Source: an uncultured delta proteobacterium (GTDB taxonomy: Bacteria > Desulfobacterota > Binatia > UBA9968). From it: a stretch of DNA of 64,000 nt. A program made the translations under genes and the position numbers. Under the pieces are notes generated by a model. That model did not search any database. It was not told the origin of the DNA and saw only the letters and a list, made by a program, of their open reading frames with translations. Location: positions 1-64,000 of the forward strand of contig CAWDPO010000023.1 in NCBI GenBank assembly GCA_963804165.1. The letters run 5' to 3'. Numbering within the stretch: the first letter of the stretch is position 1; each line of letters opens with the position of its first letter. Below, piece by piece: positions 1 through 10,289 of this stretch.

Positions 1-67
1 CAAATCCCGCCGTGCCTTCAGGGACGGCGGTACTCTGTGACTGCACAGTTGGTCTATTCGAATCAGG

Positions 68-1004
68 TTAAAACAAACTAACGATTCCTTTGAGGCACTG
101 GCCAGAGCCATCCTCCTTTACCTCGCTAACGGCGCGTGACGACGGCACGCTCCAGCTTTTTGCATCTCTGACCTTCTCAGCCTCGGCCCTTTCTCCAAAG
201 CGACCGATGCGTACTCGGTGCCATTGTTTCCCATTGAGTTTGGCGACTGTCACATAAGCGTCGTAGCCCTTATTCTTGAGTTTCTTGGCCAAACTCGCGG
301 CGACTCTTTCCTCCCCGTAGGAAGCCAGTTGCACTGACCAAAGACCCATCGCGATCAGACGTGGGGCGGTTTCATTGGCGTCGCGCGACAGCCAGCCTCT
401 GCGCTGGCGCCGTTTTTTCGACAACCGGCATCTCTTTACTTTGCACCGCCACTGGGACGGGCGCTGCCGGCGATGTAACGGGCGCGCTGTTCGCTGCGGC
501 CGCCTCGAACACGGTGACCGGGACAACGAGCTTGGCGCCGTTTTTCTCTGGGAACCACGCCGCAAGTTCCTGGACTAGCGTCACCTCTAAAGTGTAGCGG
601 CCGGCCTTTTCCGGAGTTTGAATGGTAGCCTTCAGGTCGACGGACTCACCCGGCTTGAGATCGCGAGGCAAAGGCGTGCGCAGCCCGTCAAAAACAATCG
701 TTGCGCCCTTGCGATCCAACCAGTGGTACGCCAGGTTCACTGCATAGCGATCCTTTTTGTCCGGCTTGCTTGGCCAAGTCACGGGGCTCATGTTCTTGAC
801 GGTGATAGTGGCGTACACGATTTGGCCCCTCGGCATGTCAGAGGGGATGTTGTGAGACTCGAAAGCCACCTGAAACCCCGAATCGGGAAGCCGCTGAGGC
901 CCGCGCTCTCCGCAACCCCAAAGCCCGGCCATCATGATGACCATCACGCTAAGGCCGAGCCAATGTGCGATGATTGCGCTTAGTCGCCGGCAAATAAATG
1001 TCAT
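68..1004 (-). CDS. Lipoprotein with Ig-like domain and C-terminal SPOR domain, split by a frameshift near 370-400
   Basis: ORF 372..1004 has a lipobox-like LWGC and an Ig-like beta sandwich (YHWLD...TPLPRDLKPGESV). Overlapping ORF 68..565 ends in a SPOR signature (WSVQLASY...LKNKGYDAYV...WHRVRIGRF). Confidence 0.7.
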
Positions 1005-1122
1005 GTTTCGAGAGCAACTTAAAGGTATCTAGACTCAGTGCCGTTAACCTAACGCGATTCGAGCCGGGCCTGCAACAGATAAGGGGTCGAAGATGCGGGA
1101 CGTTCCACAGTCTCGGTAGTGA

Positions 1123-2253
1123 TTGTCTTTCTCCGTTGCACCCATTGATGCGAAGATCGTCTCTGTCTCTTTGTCAGGCACGCGACGGTATGTTATCAGT
1201 TTTCGATTCATGCTCGACGTAACGGATCTTGCCTGTCCCGCGCTGCGAACGCCATTCTTTGAGTCATTGATGACGGTTTTCGGGTACTATGGGCATGCCG
1301 CCGCGGGAATCGTCATTGGAGCAGCCCTATTGGCGCACGGCTACTTTTATCAGAATGAGCGCAGCAAGACCGTCGGTATTGCGGCGCTTATTGTTTTGGC
1401 TGTCGTGAGCGCAATAAACGAAACGGTCAAAACGGCTTGCAGCTACAGTGGACCTATCACCCTTCCGGGCGCACGAGTGCGGCCTTCGGCTTGGCCTCCG
1501 TGCTCACTGTTGGCTTTCCTGTCGCGGGTCCGATCTTTTCTGGCCTGGCAATTTTGACCGCCATTTCCCGTCTTTATTGGCGGGGCCACTACCTTTGGAA
1601 CGTGGTCGGCGGTGCCGTTATTGGCCTGGTAGTCGGATTATCCGTCGCAAAGCAATTGATATCCCGCGTCAATGCCATTCGCCCAGGCTGGCTCTGGCTC
1701 GGCGGTTGGATCGGCGTATTAGTGCTTGGCGTTCAGTGCTTTGGCATTTTTCTATCACAGTGAAAGTCGAGATTGCCGCGCATCGGGTGACGGCAAACAA
1801 TATCTCCCCATCGATCCCATGATAGCCAACATAGACTTTGGCGCGCCTCAAGCGCAGCCATCATTAGCGCTATGGCTGGTCAGCCGATGAGTCATGGAAG
1901 AGGGTCAACGCTCAGTGGTTTGGGCCACCGGTCTGGGATCGGAATTGACCATGAACCTGCCGGCTCCGCAGGACTATCGGTTTCGTTTCAACAGTTTTCC
2001 TTATTCACCTAAAGGGCCCGCCTGCCAAAGGGTTGAAGTGAGGGTGAATGGTCAGTTTGTAACGACGGTGTCGTTGGGAAAGGGTTGGCACTGGTATCAA
2101 ATCGATGTGCCCCAAAAAGCCGTCCATGCGGGACGGAACTTTATTCAATTTTCCTACGATTATGCCGAGTCGCCTAGGTCCCGCGGCCTGGGGCTCGACG
2201 AACGCCGGCTGAGCGTCGCGTTCGATAGCTTGCAAGTAGTGAGGAAAAGGTAA
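1123..2253 (+). pseudogene. PAP2-family membrane phosphatase with C-terminal extracytoplasmic domain; frameshifted and degenerate
   Basis: Fragments 1123..1557, 1437..1763 and 1894..2253. PAP2-like motifs PSGRTSAAF and SRLYWRGHYLWNVVGG, in which the canonical H and D appear replaced. Confidence 0.55.
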
Positions 2254-2381
2254 CGGTTTTGATCGGCTCGGCTGCCTGGCGGAATCAAGCAAAGTGAAGT
2301 TTGAGTTTTTCTTGGGAACATGAAACACACCAGAACTCACCCCTGATGAAGATCAGTGGTTATTCGGATAAAAGCGACTAT

Positions 2382-3152
2382 TCAGGTCACCGCAACTGAG
2401 AGAATTGTATCAATCGCATGCCGCGGGAGCTTCTCACGCCACTGACCGACTGACGCATCGTCGATCGCTCGCCTTGGGTCAGTGTTACCGACCGCTATTC
2501 CTTGGTTATCCGTCTCAGGGTGCTGCAATTCGTGGTGACGAAAAAGAGCTGGTTCTAGTTCTAAGCCAAGACGCTCGGTAAATTTAGGAATCTCTAATCT
2601 TGCTTCGGACGCCAGCCGCTCATAGCGGACAGCCGTTATGGGCCAACCCCTGTTCGCGTAGTCGAAGAAAGCTTCGGTTTTAAACTTCCAGTAAAGCGCA
2701 CCGGCCGCGTACCTGTCACGAGCGGCCAGATCCAATTCTCGATGGTATCTTTGTCTGAATTCGGGCGTCGCGCCCTTAGCCGCCAAAATCCGCACGCCCC
2801 AAGCCTCCAACCAGCTGACCGCTCCTTGCGCTTGCGCGAGCAAATTTGCCATGGAAGCAACGACATCTCTTACATCGCGTATTAAGAAAAAAATTGGCTC
2901 GCGTGCGTAGAAATTCATGGCAACAACGTCATGGCCTTCGTCAGTCAATATGGGATCGGCGAGCTGCTCAGTCCACCGAGGTATTTTAAAGCCGACCCAT
3001 GGATGGCTTTCTGCCTCTAGCGTCTCGCCATCGCGGAGCCGTGTGTAGGCGAGGAACTCGTCATAGCAGTAAATCTTCGAGTGGCTTCCAAGAACCAGAC
3101 GGAGCAAGGTCGTTCCACTACGCTGACAACCGATAATAAAGAACCGACGCAT
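2382..3152 (-). CDS. Sulfotransferase family protein
   Basis: 5'-PSB motif FFIIGCQRSGTTLL, 3'-PB motif LIRDVRDVVAS, VRYERL and SVGQWR. Confidence 0.85.
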   Translation of the reverse strand: MRRFFIIGCQRSGTTLLRLVLGSHSKIYCYDEFLAYTRLRDGETLEAESHPWVGFKIPRWTEQLADPILTDEGHDVVAMNFYAREPIFFLIRDVRDVVASMANLLAQAQGAVSWLEAWGVRILAAKGATPEFRQRYHRELDLAARDRYAAGALYWKFKTEAFFDYANRGWPITAVRYERLASEARLEIPKFTERLGLELEPALFRHHELQHPETDNQGIAVGNTDPRRAIDDASVGQWREKLPRHAIDTILSVAVT

Positions 3153-3211
3153 GATTTAAGTATTTCAGCTAGGCCGAGGCGGCTAACAGGTCGACTATCC
3201 GAGGCCGCCGG

Positions 3212-4204
3212 TCAACCCCGAATCACTTGCCGGAGTTTCTGCTCGAGAAATCCCGTATTGAACACGGACGACATGAGACCGCGCAAATAACTATTGGAAA
3301 CCTTTCGCCGGGCCTGAATATCTTTCCGCTTTTGGCACATGCGTGGGGCCATTCTTAACGCATCCCATTTTGCCTTGAAAAATGTTGCCCATTTGCCGTG
3401 CCGGACGCACAAATAGATGAACGATCCGATTTCTTGAATGACCTTATGGTGGATAAATCTAAGCATGAGCCCGCCGGGCATGTTCTTGAGCCACACGAAT
3501 TCCAAATTGCGGGTGTGAAAGTAGACATGCGTGTCGCTCAATCGTCCGGTTGTGGCATTGCCCTTGTGATAGACGATCGCGCTTGGCACGTAAACACATT
3601 TCCAGCCTGCGAGCTGTGCGCGAAAGCTGAGATCTGTGTCCTCGTCATAGAGAAAAAAGTCTTCGTCAAAAAAGCCGATCTCTTCCAACATCCGTCGGCG
3701 GTAAAGCACTGCCGCCCCACAAGCACCAAACACGAATTCCGGATCGGTAAAGAAAGCCGCATCTTCGCCTGAATTCCGATTAAAACCGACCCCTGCCGTG
3801 GTTAATCCACCGCCGACGCTATCGATTTGGCGGCCATCTTCGAAGAGTATTTTGGAAGCGCAAATACCGACTGTTGGTGTGCTGAGCAAAGGTTGGACGA
3901 GGTTTTCAAGCCACGCCCGATCTACCAAGGCGTCATTATTGACAGGCGCAATATACTCTCCACTCGCAGCTTTGAGACCTTGGATGTTACCTCCAGTGAA
4001 GCCCTTGTTCTGAGCAAGTTCAACAATTTTTACTGTCGGAAATTTCTCTTTAACGAACACGACCGAAGAATCTGTTGAACCGTTATCAATGAGAATGACT
4101 TCGCGCTCCGCGTAGCTTTGTGCCGTGAGACGACCTAGGCAATCTTCCAGCAGGTCTTTACCGTTCCAGTTGACGACAACGATGCTAATTCGAGGTCTTT
4201 CCAC
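3212..4204 (-). CDS. Glycosyltransferase family 2 (WbbL-like)
   Basis: ISIVVVNWNG, IDNGSTD, NKGFTGGN, FDEDFFLYDEDTDLSFR. Confidence 0.9.
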   Translation of the reverse strand: MERPRISIVVVNWNGKDLLEDCLGRLTAQSYAEREVILIDNGSTDSSVVFVKEKFPTVKIVELAQNKGFTGGNIQGLKAASGEYIAPVNNDALVDRAWLENLVQPLLSTPTVGICASKILFEDGRQIDSVGGGLTTAGVGFNRNSGEDAAFFTDPEFVFGACGAAVLYRRRMLEEIGFFDEDFFLYDEDTDLSFRAQLAGWKCVYVPSAIVYHKGNATTGRLSDTHVYFHTRNLEFVWLKNMPGGLMLRFIHHKVIQEIGSFIYLCVRHGKWATFFKAKWDALRMAPRMCQKRKDIQARRKVSNSYLRGLMSSVFNTGFLEQKLRQVIRG

Positions 4205-4242
4205 ACAGAAAAACTGGCCTTGGCGATGTCTTCTCTATTGCT

Positions 4243-7200
4243 TTACTTGGCGCGGATAAAAGGTTCAGGCCCTTCATTGATCGTCACACGGGCAAGCTGC
4301 TGAAGAGAAGAGTGAGCAATGCTCAACAGCGTCGTCTCGCAGTCCACACTCACACCCGACTGCAATGGTTTCCTAGCCATTAAATGAAAATAGTCAGAAA
4401 AAAAACCACCCTTTTCAATTTGCGCCGAAATCTCGACTTCATCTAATAACGATATTCGTAGCCTGTCCTTGTAAGGTTGTATATCACGCCCTTGGTCGAT
4501 AATTGCTTGATCCACTGACTCCTGAAATGCGTAGATTCTGGCAACGACGAATCCGATCAAACTTAGGAAATTGAACGCGACCCGTGGTGAGAACAGGAAC
4601 CAATGCCCCCAGTGAGCGTTAGCATTAAGATACTTGGTCGACAAACCATGACTGTTTGGTACGGCCACAAAGAGGCCTCCGCCCTTCCGTAGGAGTCTAA
4701 ATGTTTTCAAGAGAGTGCTGTTAGGATCAAATGTGTATTCCAGGGAATTGTCCATGATGATCACGTCAAAGTACTCGTCGCGGCCACCGATTTGGTCAAT
4801 CAGGCCGTTCTGGATCTCAAGTCCGTAGCGGTTCCACGCCGTTCGGACTGAGTGACGGTCCGGATCGACGCCAAAAACATTCCAGCTCTTCTCATCCCGA
4901 AGCCAACTCAAAGAAACACCGGGACCACAGCTTACGTCCAAGATCCGATTGGTTCGCCGGTATCTCTCGAATTCGTATTGATCATATATCAATCGAATTT
5001 GGTTTCGCTTATCGGCCTCGTACACGGCATAATCGATATCGGCCCACGCAACGATGTTTTTCTCGCCATCAAAGCTGCTCCGATTGATATCCGAAAATCG
5101 CGTGAGAGGATTGATACCGACAAGACCGCAGTCCATGCACTCAAGGTACTGAAGCGTCAGATGTTTGCCAACGTCTGGATAGCTAAGCTTCTGGTCTCCG
5201 TAAATCTGATTAGGAAATGGCGTATCGAGGCGCTTGAAAACACGAAATTCCTTTTCGCCACAGAAATTACAGCTTCGGTAGTAGACGCCACGATCGGCAG
5301 TCTCACCAGTAGAGCCGCAGAGATCTGGTTCATGTTTGCTCGCCGAAGGGACGGCATATAATCCGTTACTTGTCACGGCGGGTGGTCTGCCCCCGTCATT
5401 CTCTGTAGACGGCAAAGCGTCAAGAACGATATCTTCAAATTGTTTGCACGCATTGTCCCAGGTTTTCTCGCGAACAAATTCCATTCCGCTTGTGGCAACA
5501 CGTTGCCGTAGACCGCCGTCTTCGATCAATCGTACCAATGCTGCGGCGACTGCATTCCGCTCAGGCTCTGCGAGAACGCAATTTTTTCCGTCTTCCACCA
5601 TCGCCTCAACAGAGGGAACTTTTGCTTCTACGACCGCGCAACCGCACGCCATCGCTTGAAACGGAACTTGAGAGATGTTGGAAAGAGAAAAGGAAAGATG
5701 GATGTCCGACTCCCGCATGGCTTGGGCAACCTGCCGGTGGTCGAGCAGCCCTAAATTGGTATAGGGGAACGGCAGCGACGGACTTTCTTCCATCCCGTAC
5801 ATGCAAAACCGCACATCGGGAAACTCTCTATGAACTTTTTCCAAAGCAGGGATACCAATGTCATAGCCCCTCCTCTTCAGAGAAGGCCGGGCAAAGAAAA
5901 GCACCGTGATCGGTGACGATGTTTTTCTCCCGACTGCGTGAAAAATTTCATGATCGAGGGGAAAATCAAAGTGCGCGATTGGCAGTCGATCCTTGACCGT
6001 AAAAAGATCCGAAAGATAACGCCCGATACAGATCTTTTTCAGGGGAAGGTCGTAGGTTTTTTCCACCTCTTTCCGCAGCGGGTCATCCGCCTGGTAAAAT
6101 TCGGTCTCAAAATCCTGTATGAGGTAGGCCTTGCAACGGGTATTGATGAGTCGATCGACGACAAACGCAGTGGGCCAGTTGGTTGCGATCGCAATGTCGG
6201 AAGGCTCAATCGCATGGTGCCCAACGTGGATCTTGGCCGGACTCCGCCCAAAATGAGTATGACAAAACTCGATGATTTCCGCTTCTGGTTTTCCCTCGAG
6301 GTGCGCGATCGCTTCGACGTATAGATGAACCGCGTGGCCCCTAGACGCAAGATAGTCAGCTAACAAAAAAATGACTTTATACCCACCTCCCACCTGCGCA
6401 ATCGGCGCGCGCAATACAAAGGCGATCGAGAGAGTTTTTTCTGAATTTGGCTGGTTGGCACGAAAAATTTCCTTGATGATGTTCACAAGGTTTGCGGCAC
6501 CGCGCCGGGTGGTCAGTGTCTCCAAAGCCTCGGCCCTAGCTTTGGCGCCCATGCGAGTGCGCGATTCCCTGTCTTCGGCCAATTGGGTTAAGCACCGGGC
6601 CCAATCTTCTTCGGTTCGACACAAGTAACCATTCTTCTCGCCCTGCCTAATGGCCGTCCGAAATGGCGCGACGTCGCTGCCCACCGTCGGAACCCCCATC
6701 ACGGCTGCTTCGAAGTATTTCAGCGCGCTTTTGGATTCTGTGAACGGGTTGTCGAGCTCTAATGGAGCTAGATTGATGTCGACGTTTCGCAATAAACCTG
6801 GCAGTTGCTGCCAGGGCAGGAGCGGATAACGTTCTATGCGCTCACCAAAGCGATCAAATTCAGATCCAACATCTAGATGTCCCACCACCATGAGTCTAAC
6901 GTGCGGATGAGCTTCTAGAATGCGTTTGAGCGCTCCGGAACACTCCTGGAAATCGATGTTGTGCGTACGCGTTCCGCTGAGATAAGCAATCCTGACGATA
7001 TTTTCGTCTTCCGGTGGCCTGCCGAAGCTCAACGCCTCGTCCGCCTGAGCCACTTGCGCATCGCTCAGGGCGTTGGGGTTAAGAAAACATTGAATCTGTG
7101 GGAAAAGCCGCCGGACGGCTTCGCGGAGAGGTTCGGTCGTTACTGTCGCGATCCGGCAAAGCGAGAGAGTTCGGTGATATCGCCGCACGCCGTCGCAATA

Positions 7201-9039
7201 TAAATCCGCTTCGTCTGGAGACATCCATTGGAGCGCGCGGACGTACGAAATCTTTTCTTCATCGAAGATCAAATCATCGGTGTCGAAAATGACCGGCTTA
7301 CCCATTTCTTGGGCGCTGCGAATGAATTCTTCTACGGCTTGCGTATGCGGCACACGATGAAGCCAATAGCATTGGTAATTGTCTAGAACATCTCGGTATT
7401 CGATCTGATCAAAGTAGGCGATATCCACGGTAAGGCCGAAAAAACGCAACTGCTCGGCCTGATGTTCGCATCGGTAGCGAAAGGCATCTCCAGGGCAGCC
7501 GCTAATGATCAGCGCAAATTTCTGAGCTCTCGTGGGTAGCGAAACCGGCTGGTCCAGACCGAGCTTTCTTTCGAGCTTCGCTTCCAACACCGCCGCGTCT
7601 GAATGTTGAACGTGATAGAAAAATTTGTCGACATTGACTCTGTTGAAATTCTTCAGCGTCTTTACAGGATGCCGGGCCGCCAAAAACAATCCCCGCGATA
7701 GTCTGGCGCGTTGCGTCACTGTCTTGACTGCTTGGAGCCCGTAGTCGTAGAGCATCCGGCGTCTTGTACTCGGCGGAAAACAACGGTCTTTCGCTTTGCG
7801 ATAAAAAACAACGGCATCCCACAAGAGTCCGCTCTGCGCCAACTGAAGAACCGCAATTTTGCTGTCGCGCTCGGAGACCTCGCGTTCAAAGCTCTGGCGC
7901 AACCCAACAAGCGCCGCTTCTTGATCCGCCTGGGTTCGCTGCAACCGGTCCCGCTCGCCCCGCAGCTCGGCTTCGTTTCTCTTCGCCGTTTCTTGCAGTC
8001 GATCGATCTGTACCCGCAAACCCAATTTATCCTTTTCTGATGATTGTAGTTGCTCCCGGATACTCTGGAGACTCTCTTCTAAATCGTGCCGATTGACATG
8101 CTCCCGGCGCAGACTCTCTTCTAAATCCTGCCGATTGACATGCTCCCGGCGCAGGCTCTCTTCTAACTCGCGCCGATCATCGTTCAACCGCGCAGATTCC
8201 TGGCGTAGATTTTCGATCTCCCTATCCCGCTTCCCCACTTCGTCGCCCAGCTCTTGGTTCGATCGCGCCAGGCCCGCGATCTGCTCCAGCTGCGCCTGAA
8301 TCTGAAACTTCTTATTAATTGACTCAGAAAAGAACGGCAGCGCGTCTTCCTGAAGGCGGGGCATCCCTTTCCTAACCAAGAAAGCCTGTGGGCAAACAAA
8401 ACTGGCGTCAAACCTGAGATCCGGATAAAAACCAACCTCAGCAAAAAGTTGGAGCCAGTAGATGATTGGTCGCACGTTAACGTGGGTTGGCTCCGTGAGA
8501 TCATGAGGAGTAGAAGAAAACAGGATGCAGTCCGTTCGGCTGGCCATTTTTTTTATGGCAGCTCTCGCATCCTCCTGAGGTATGTGCTCCAGAACTTCGA
8601 TGCAGGTAATCAGATCGTAGGTCTGGGGAAAATCTTCAGGGAGCGGGTCTGTCGCTGAAAGTACGCGGCAGAACGATGCCACATCTTGCGGAACCTGACT
8701 GATCGCATACTCGGAAATATCGATCCCGTAGGCCCTGACGCCTCGACGCCAAAATGCATCTACTAGAAATCCGCAGGCGCAGCCAACGTCCAATACAGTA
8801 GATGGCTTCAAACGCTGGTTAAGCGTCTCGGCAACCTCACCAAAAAATTTTGGCCAGTGCGGGATGTCCCACCGATACGGGATGGAACCGCAATGCTTTT
8901 CGAAGTAAGCTTGATCGTACACCTGCCGGTTATGCACAGGAGTGTTGTTGCCATCGATTTCATTGTGTTCGTCGTTCATGACCATTTCCAGCAAAGGATC
9001 ACAGAGCCAGTTTTTTTTCAATGTTACGAACGGAAACAA
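4243..9039 (-). CDS. Giant multidomain glycan enzyme: SAM methyltransferase, coiled coil, GT4, WsaF-like GT4, second SAM methyltransferase
   Basis: VLDVGCACG, a long E/R/L/Q heptad region, KSALKYFEAAVMGVPTV, ATNWPTA...YLIQDFE (WsaF-like), FQAMACGCAVV, CxxC motifs and ILDVSCGPG. The true start is probably near 8985. Confidence 0.85.
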   Translation of the reverse strand: MFPFVTLKKNWLCDPLLEMVMNDEHNEIDGNNTPVHNRQVYDQAYFEKHCGSIPYRWDIPHWPKFFGEVAETLNQRLKPSTVLDVGCACGFLVDAFWRRGVRAYGIDISEYAISQVPQDVASFCRVLSATDPLPEDFPQTYDLITCIEVLEHIPQEDARAAIKKMASRTDCILFSSTPHDLTEPTHVNVRPIIYWLQLFAEVGFYPDLRFDASFVCPQAFLVRKGMPRLQEDALPFFSESINKKFQIQAQLEQIAGLARSNQELGDEVGKRDREIENLRQESARLNDDRRELEESLRREHVNRQDLEESLRREHVNRHDLEESLQSIREQLQSSEKDKLGLRVQIDRLQETAKRNEAELRGERDRLQRTQADQEAALVGLRQSFEREVSERDSKIAVLQLAQSGLLWDAVVFYRKAKDRCFPPSTRRRMLYDYGLQAVKTVTQRARLSRGLFLAARHPVKTLKNFNRVNVDKFFYHVQHSDAAVLEAKLERKLGLDQPVSLPTRAQKFALIISGCPGDAFRYRCEHQAEQLRFFGLTVDIAYFDQIEYRDVLDNYQCYWLHRVPHTQAVEEFIRSAQEMGKPVIFDTDDLIFDEEKISYVRALQWMSPDEADLYCDGVRRYHRTLSLCRIATVTTEPLREAVRRLFPQIQCFLNPNALSDAQVAQADEALSFGRPPEDENIVRIAYLSGTRTHNIDFQECSGALKRILEAHPHVRLMVVGHLDVGSEFDRFGERIERYPLLPWQQLPGLLRNVDINLAPLELDNPFTESKSALKYFEAAVMGVPTVGSDVAPFRTAIRQGEKNGYLCRTEEDWARCLTQLAEDRESRTRMGAKARAEALETLTTRRGAANLVNIIKEIFRANQPNSEKTLSIAFVLRAPIAQVGGGYKVIFLLADYLASRGHAVHLYVEAIAHLEGKPEAEIIEFCHTHFGRSPAKIHVGHHAIEPSDIAIATNWPTAFVVDRLINTRCKAYLIQDFETEFYQADDPLRKEVEKTYDLPLKKICIGRYLSDLFTVKDRLPIAHFDFPLDHEIFHAVGRKTSSPITVLFFARPSLKRRGYDIGIPALEKVHREFPDVRFCMYGMEESPSLPFPYTNLGLLDHRQVAQAMRESDIHLSFSLSNISQVPFQAMACGCAVVEAKVPSVEAMVEDGKNCVLAEPERNAVAAALVRLIEDGGLRQRVATSGMEFVREKTWDNACKQFEDIVLDALPSTENDGGRPPAVTSNGLYAVPSASKHEPDLCGSTGETADRGVYYRSCNFCGEKEFRVFKRLDTPFPNQIYGDQKLSYPDVGKHLTLQYLECMDCGLVGINPLTRFSDINRSSFDGEKNIVAWADIDYAVYEADKRNQIRLIYDQYEFERYRRTNRILDVSCGPGVSLSWLRDEKSWNVFGVDPDRHSVRTAWNRYGLEIQNGLIDQIGGRDEYFDVIIMDNSLEYTFDPNSTLLKTFRLLRKGGGLFVAVPNSHGLSTKYLNANAHWGHWFLFSPRVAFNFLSLIGFVVARIYAFQESVDQAIIDQGRDIQPYKDRLRISLLDEVEISAQIEKGGFFSDYFHLMARKPLQSGVSVDCETTLLSIAHSSLQQLARVTINEGPEPFIRAK
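8069..8166. repeat. 42-bp tandem repeat (about 2.3 copies) encoding LEESLRREHVNR(Q/H)D
   Basis: agactctcttctaaatc(g/c)tgccgattgacatgctcccggcgc at 8069 and 8111, with a partial copy at 8153. Confidence 0.9.
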
Positions 9040-9378
9040 CCTAGATTACAATTTCCTGGAGACGAATCGCAAACCTGCCGATAGATCTTTCAAAATTGGC
9101 GGTTTGACGCCCCGCGGAACAATCTCTTGGGCCTGGCATCTTAGAAAATACCGACCCCCGGAAAGCTGCCGCGGTCGCAGACCATGGCGACGAGAATTTA
9201 TCTCACCAACGTCACCCCGAATGATTTCATCCGGGGCTAGCTGCGTTCTCGCCTGTGGCGAGCAGGTCGCGCCGCGGAGGGAAACGTTTCAGAATGACGG
9301 ACTCTAGGAGGGTTGGGATAGCGCTTCACGCGGTAACGTGCGGGGACACTAATCGGCGGATTGAACAACAAGTGGGCC

Positions 9379-10122
9379 TCATTGATGAAAATCGCTCTTC
9401 CGTACTCGAAACCCAACCATGAACTCGTTGAAGTCTCCTCTATTGGGCCAGTGGCCAATTACGGAAACGGCCGGCAATAAGCCACCTGCAATAAGCTCAT
9501 TCATTTGCTTGAAAAAATGTTCATCCGTCCACACATGACAATGAACATCTGCGGTGCCGCTCTCGTGGTTTTGCTTCGCCCAGCGATACACGTCAGTTAC
9601 TCCCTTGCCCCGCAATTCATCGATAACGCAAGGAGCGTATTCCATAACGTGCTCCAGCGATGGATACGTCGGTCTCTCATAATAGTCATTCAGGAGATGT
9701 TCGATACGAGTCAATTCTCGACTTTGGTCGAACGTGCGCCGCTTGTCCGGTATCGCCATCATAATCACACCATTGTCATTCAGTAACTTTGCAAGGTCCT
9801 GAATATAGCCAATGGGGTCGGCGATATGCTCAATAACGTGAGCTAAGATAATATAATCAAATCTTCTGTCAGTAATGGACTGCGATAACAGCCCATTTCG
9901 TGGAACAATGTAATCTATGTCGGGAACGGCATCTGGTTCCAATTTCCACAGCGCGACCATCTCGGACTTGCTTCTGGAATTTGCGTGAAAACATTTCGCT
10001 CCCGAGAGGGTTACCGTCGGCAGATCCGAGGCACCGATCTCGAGGCCGGTTGCGGCTCTGACGTTCACCAACCGGGATAGAAATTCGAACCGGTTTCTCG
10101 CATAGTCCGCACGTGTAATCAT
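9379..10122 (-). CDS. Class I SAM-dependent methyltransferase
   Basis: GLEIGA motif I, FDYIILAHVIEHIADP and IPDKRRTFD. Confidence 0.8.
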   Translation of the reverse strand: MITRADYARNRFEFLSRLVNVRAATGLEIGASDLPTVTLSGAKCFHANSRSKSEMVALWKLEPDAVPDIDYIVPRNGLLSQSITDRRFDYIILAHVIEHIADPIGYIQDLAKLLNDNGVIMMAIPDKRRTFDQSRELTRIEHLLNDYYERPTYPSLEHVMEYAPCVIDELRGKGVTDVYRWAKQNHESGTADVHCHVWTDEHFFKQMNELIAGGLLPAVSVIGHWPNRGDFNEFMVGFRVRKSDFHQ

Positions 10123-10215
10123 CCGTCCATACCGACTGAGTAATGGATGAACTCAAAGATGTCTCGGCTATTTCTAACATCATTGATTAGCAAGATCCCA
10201 GTGCAATTGTCGATA

Positions 10216-10250
10216 GATGGGCGACGGCAAAATTTCGGCCGTCGCCCATC
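10216..10250 (-). terminator. 13-bp-stem hairpin downstream of 10290..11327
   Basis: Perfect inverted repeat gatgggcgacggc...gccgtcgcccatc; no clear U-tract. Confidence 0.5.
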
Positions 10251-10289
10251 CGCGGTTCAGATCTCTGATCACAACACAGGACCGAAATG

